A DNA stretch of 64,000 bases from Burkholderiales bacterium (lineage in GTDB: Bacteria > Pseudomonadota > Gammaproteobacteria > Burkholderiales > SG8-41): NCBI GenBank assembly GCA_046596405.1, contig JBKJMN010000021.1, forward strand, positions 750 to 64,749. Direction: 5' to 3'. Both the position numbers and the translations under genes were made by a program. This document shows positions 63,723 to 64,000 of the stretch, piece after piece. The first letter of the stretch is position 1. Each line of letters begins with the position of its first letter. Below the pieces are notes generated by a model that was given only the letters and a program-made list of their open reading frames with translations, ran no database searches and was not told the DNA's origin.

Positions 63723-64000
63723 ATGAAAATCACCGCTTTGCTGGCCCGCATCGGGCTGACCGCAATTTTCGCGCTGCCGGCCATCCCCGCCTTCGCCCAG
63801 GCCGACGCGTGCAAGAATCGCGGTGATCTTGACGCGCAGTATTGCGATGAAAACAAAGACCTCGTCGCGGACACGCCGAAAGATTCCAAGCGCTACAAGA
63901 CCCCTAACACCCTCGTCTTCACGTATACGCCCGTCGAAGATCCGGCCGTTTACGAGCAGGCGTTCCGCCCCTTCACCGATCACCTTGCCAAGTGCACGGG
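63723..64000 (+). CDS. Phosphonate/phosphite ABC transporter substrate-binding protein, PhnD-like (3' end outside the window)
   Basis: Signal peptide MKITALLARIGLTAIFALPAIPAFA. NTLVFTYTPVEDPAVYEQAFRPFTDHLAKC matches the N-terminal PhnD-family pattern. The frame is open to the window edge. Confidence 0.6.
   Translation, partial: MKITALLARIGLTAIFALPAIPAFAQADACKNRGDLDAQYCDENKDLVADTPKDSKRYKTPNTLVFTYTPVEDPAVYEQAFRPFTDHLAKCT

Overview
Visibly GC-rich chromosomal segment; GC was not computed. All calls come from reading the supplied ORF translations and the DNA by eye, with no BLAST or HMM run. Gene order looks betaproteobacterial: pepA-holC-valS divergent from lptF-lptG, ilvI-ilvH-ilvC-(psd)-pssA-leuA, rplU-rpmA-obg-proB, and nrdA-nrdB. 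The host looks like a sulfur-oxidising lithotroph, since it carries soxY-soxZ-soxXA-soxB and tusA. I support about 65 protein-coding genes, one tRNA-Pro(CGG), and a few promoters, terminators and repeats. I recognised no rRNA, CRISPR array, transposase, integrase or phage genes. Most long ORFs antisense to these genes are high-GC artefacts. The most unusual region is 1-9.7 kb. It holds a tightly packed same-strand array of at least four paralogous TPR + GT9-like (heptosyltransferase-fold) proteins and two paralogous GT2 + FkbM-methyltransferase fusions. This array sits directly upstream of two tandem type IVa pilin genes. The first pilin has a textbook-spaced sigma-54 promoter, and a PilS/PilR-type two-component system lies at 53-56 kb. 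I propose this as a candidate uncharacterised protein-glycosylation and sugar-methylation island. Other points worth a second look are listed here. (1) SoxX and SoxA are fused into one tri-heme ORF. (2) psd is reduced to a 56-codon in-frame remnant that is still translationally coupled to pssA. (3) ValS carries a 193-residue N-terminal extension. (4) An ECF sigma gene appears to need a CTG start. (5) A rubrerythrin / HdrD-like CCG Fe-S protein / DUF3501 operon has a palindromic operator. (6) A Ser/Thr kinase is fused to a cNMP-binding domain. (7) A Leu-rich leader peptide lies upstream of leuA. (8) A 22-bp inverted-repeat element lies next to the tRNA.
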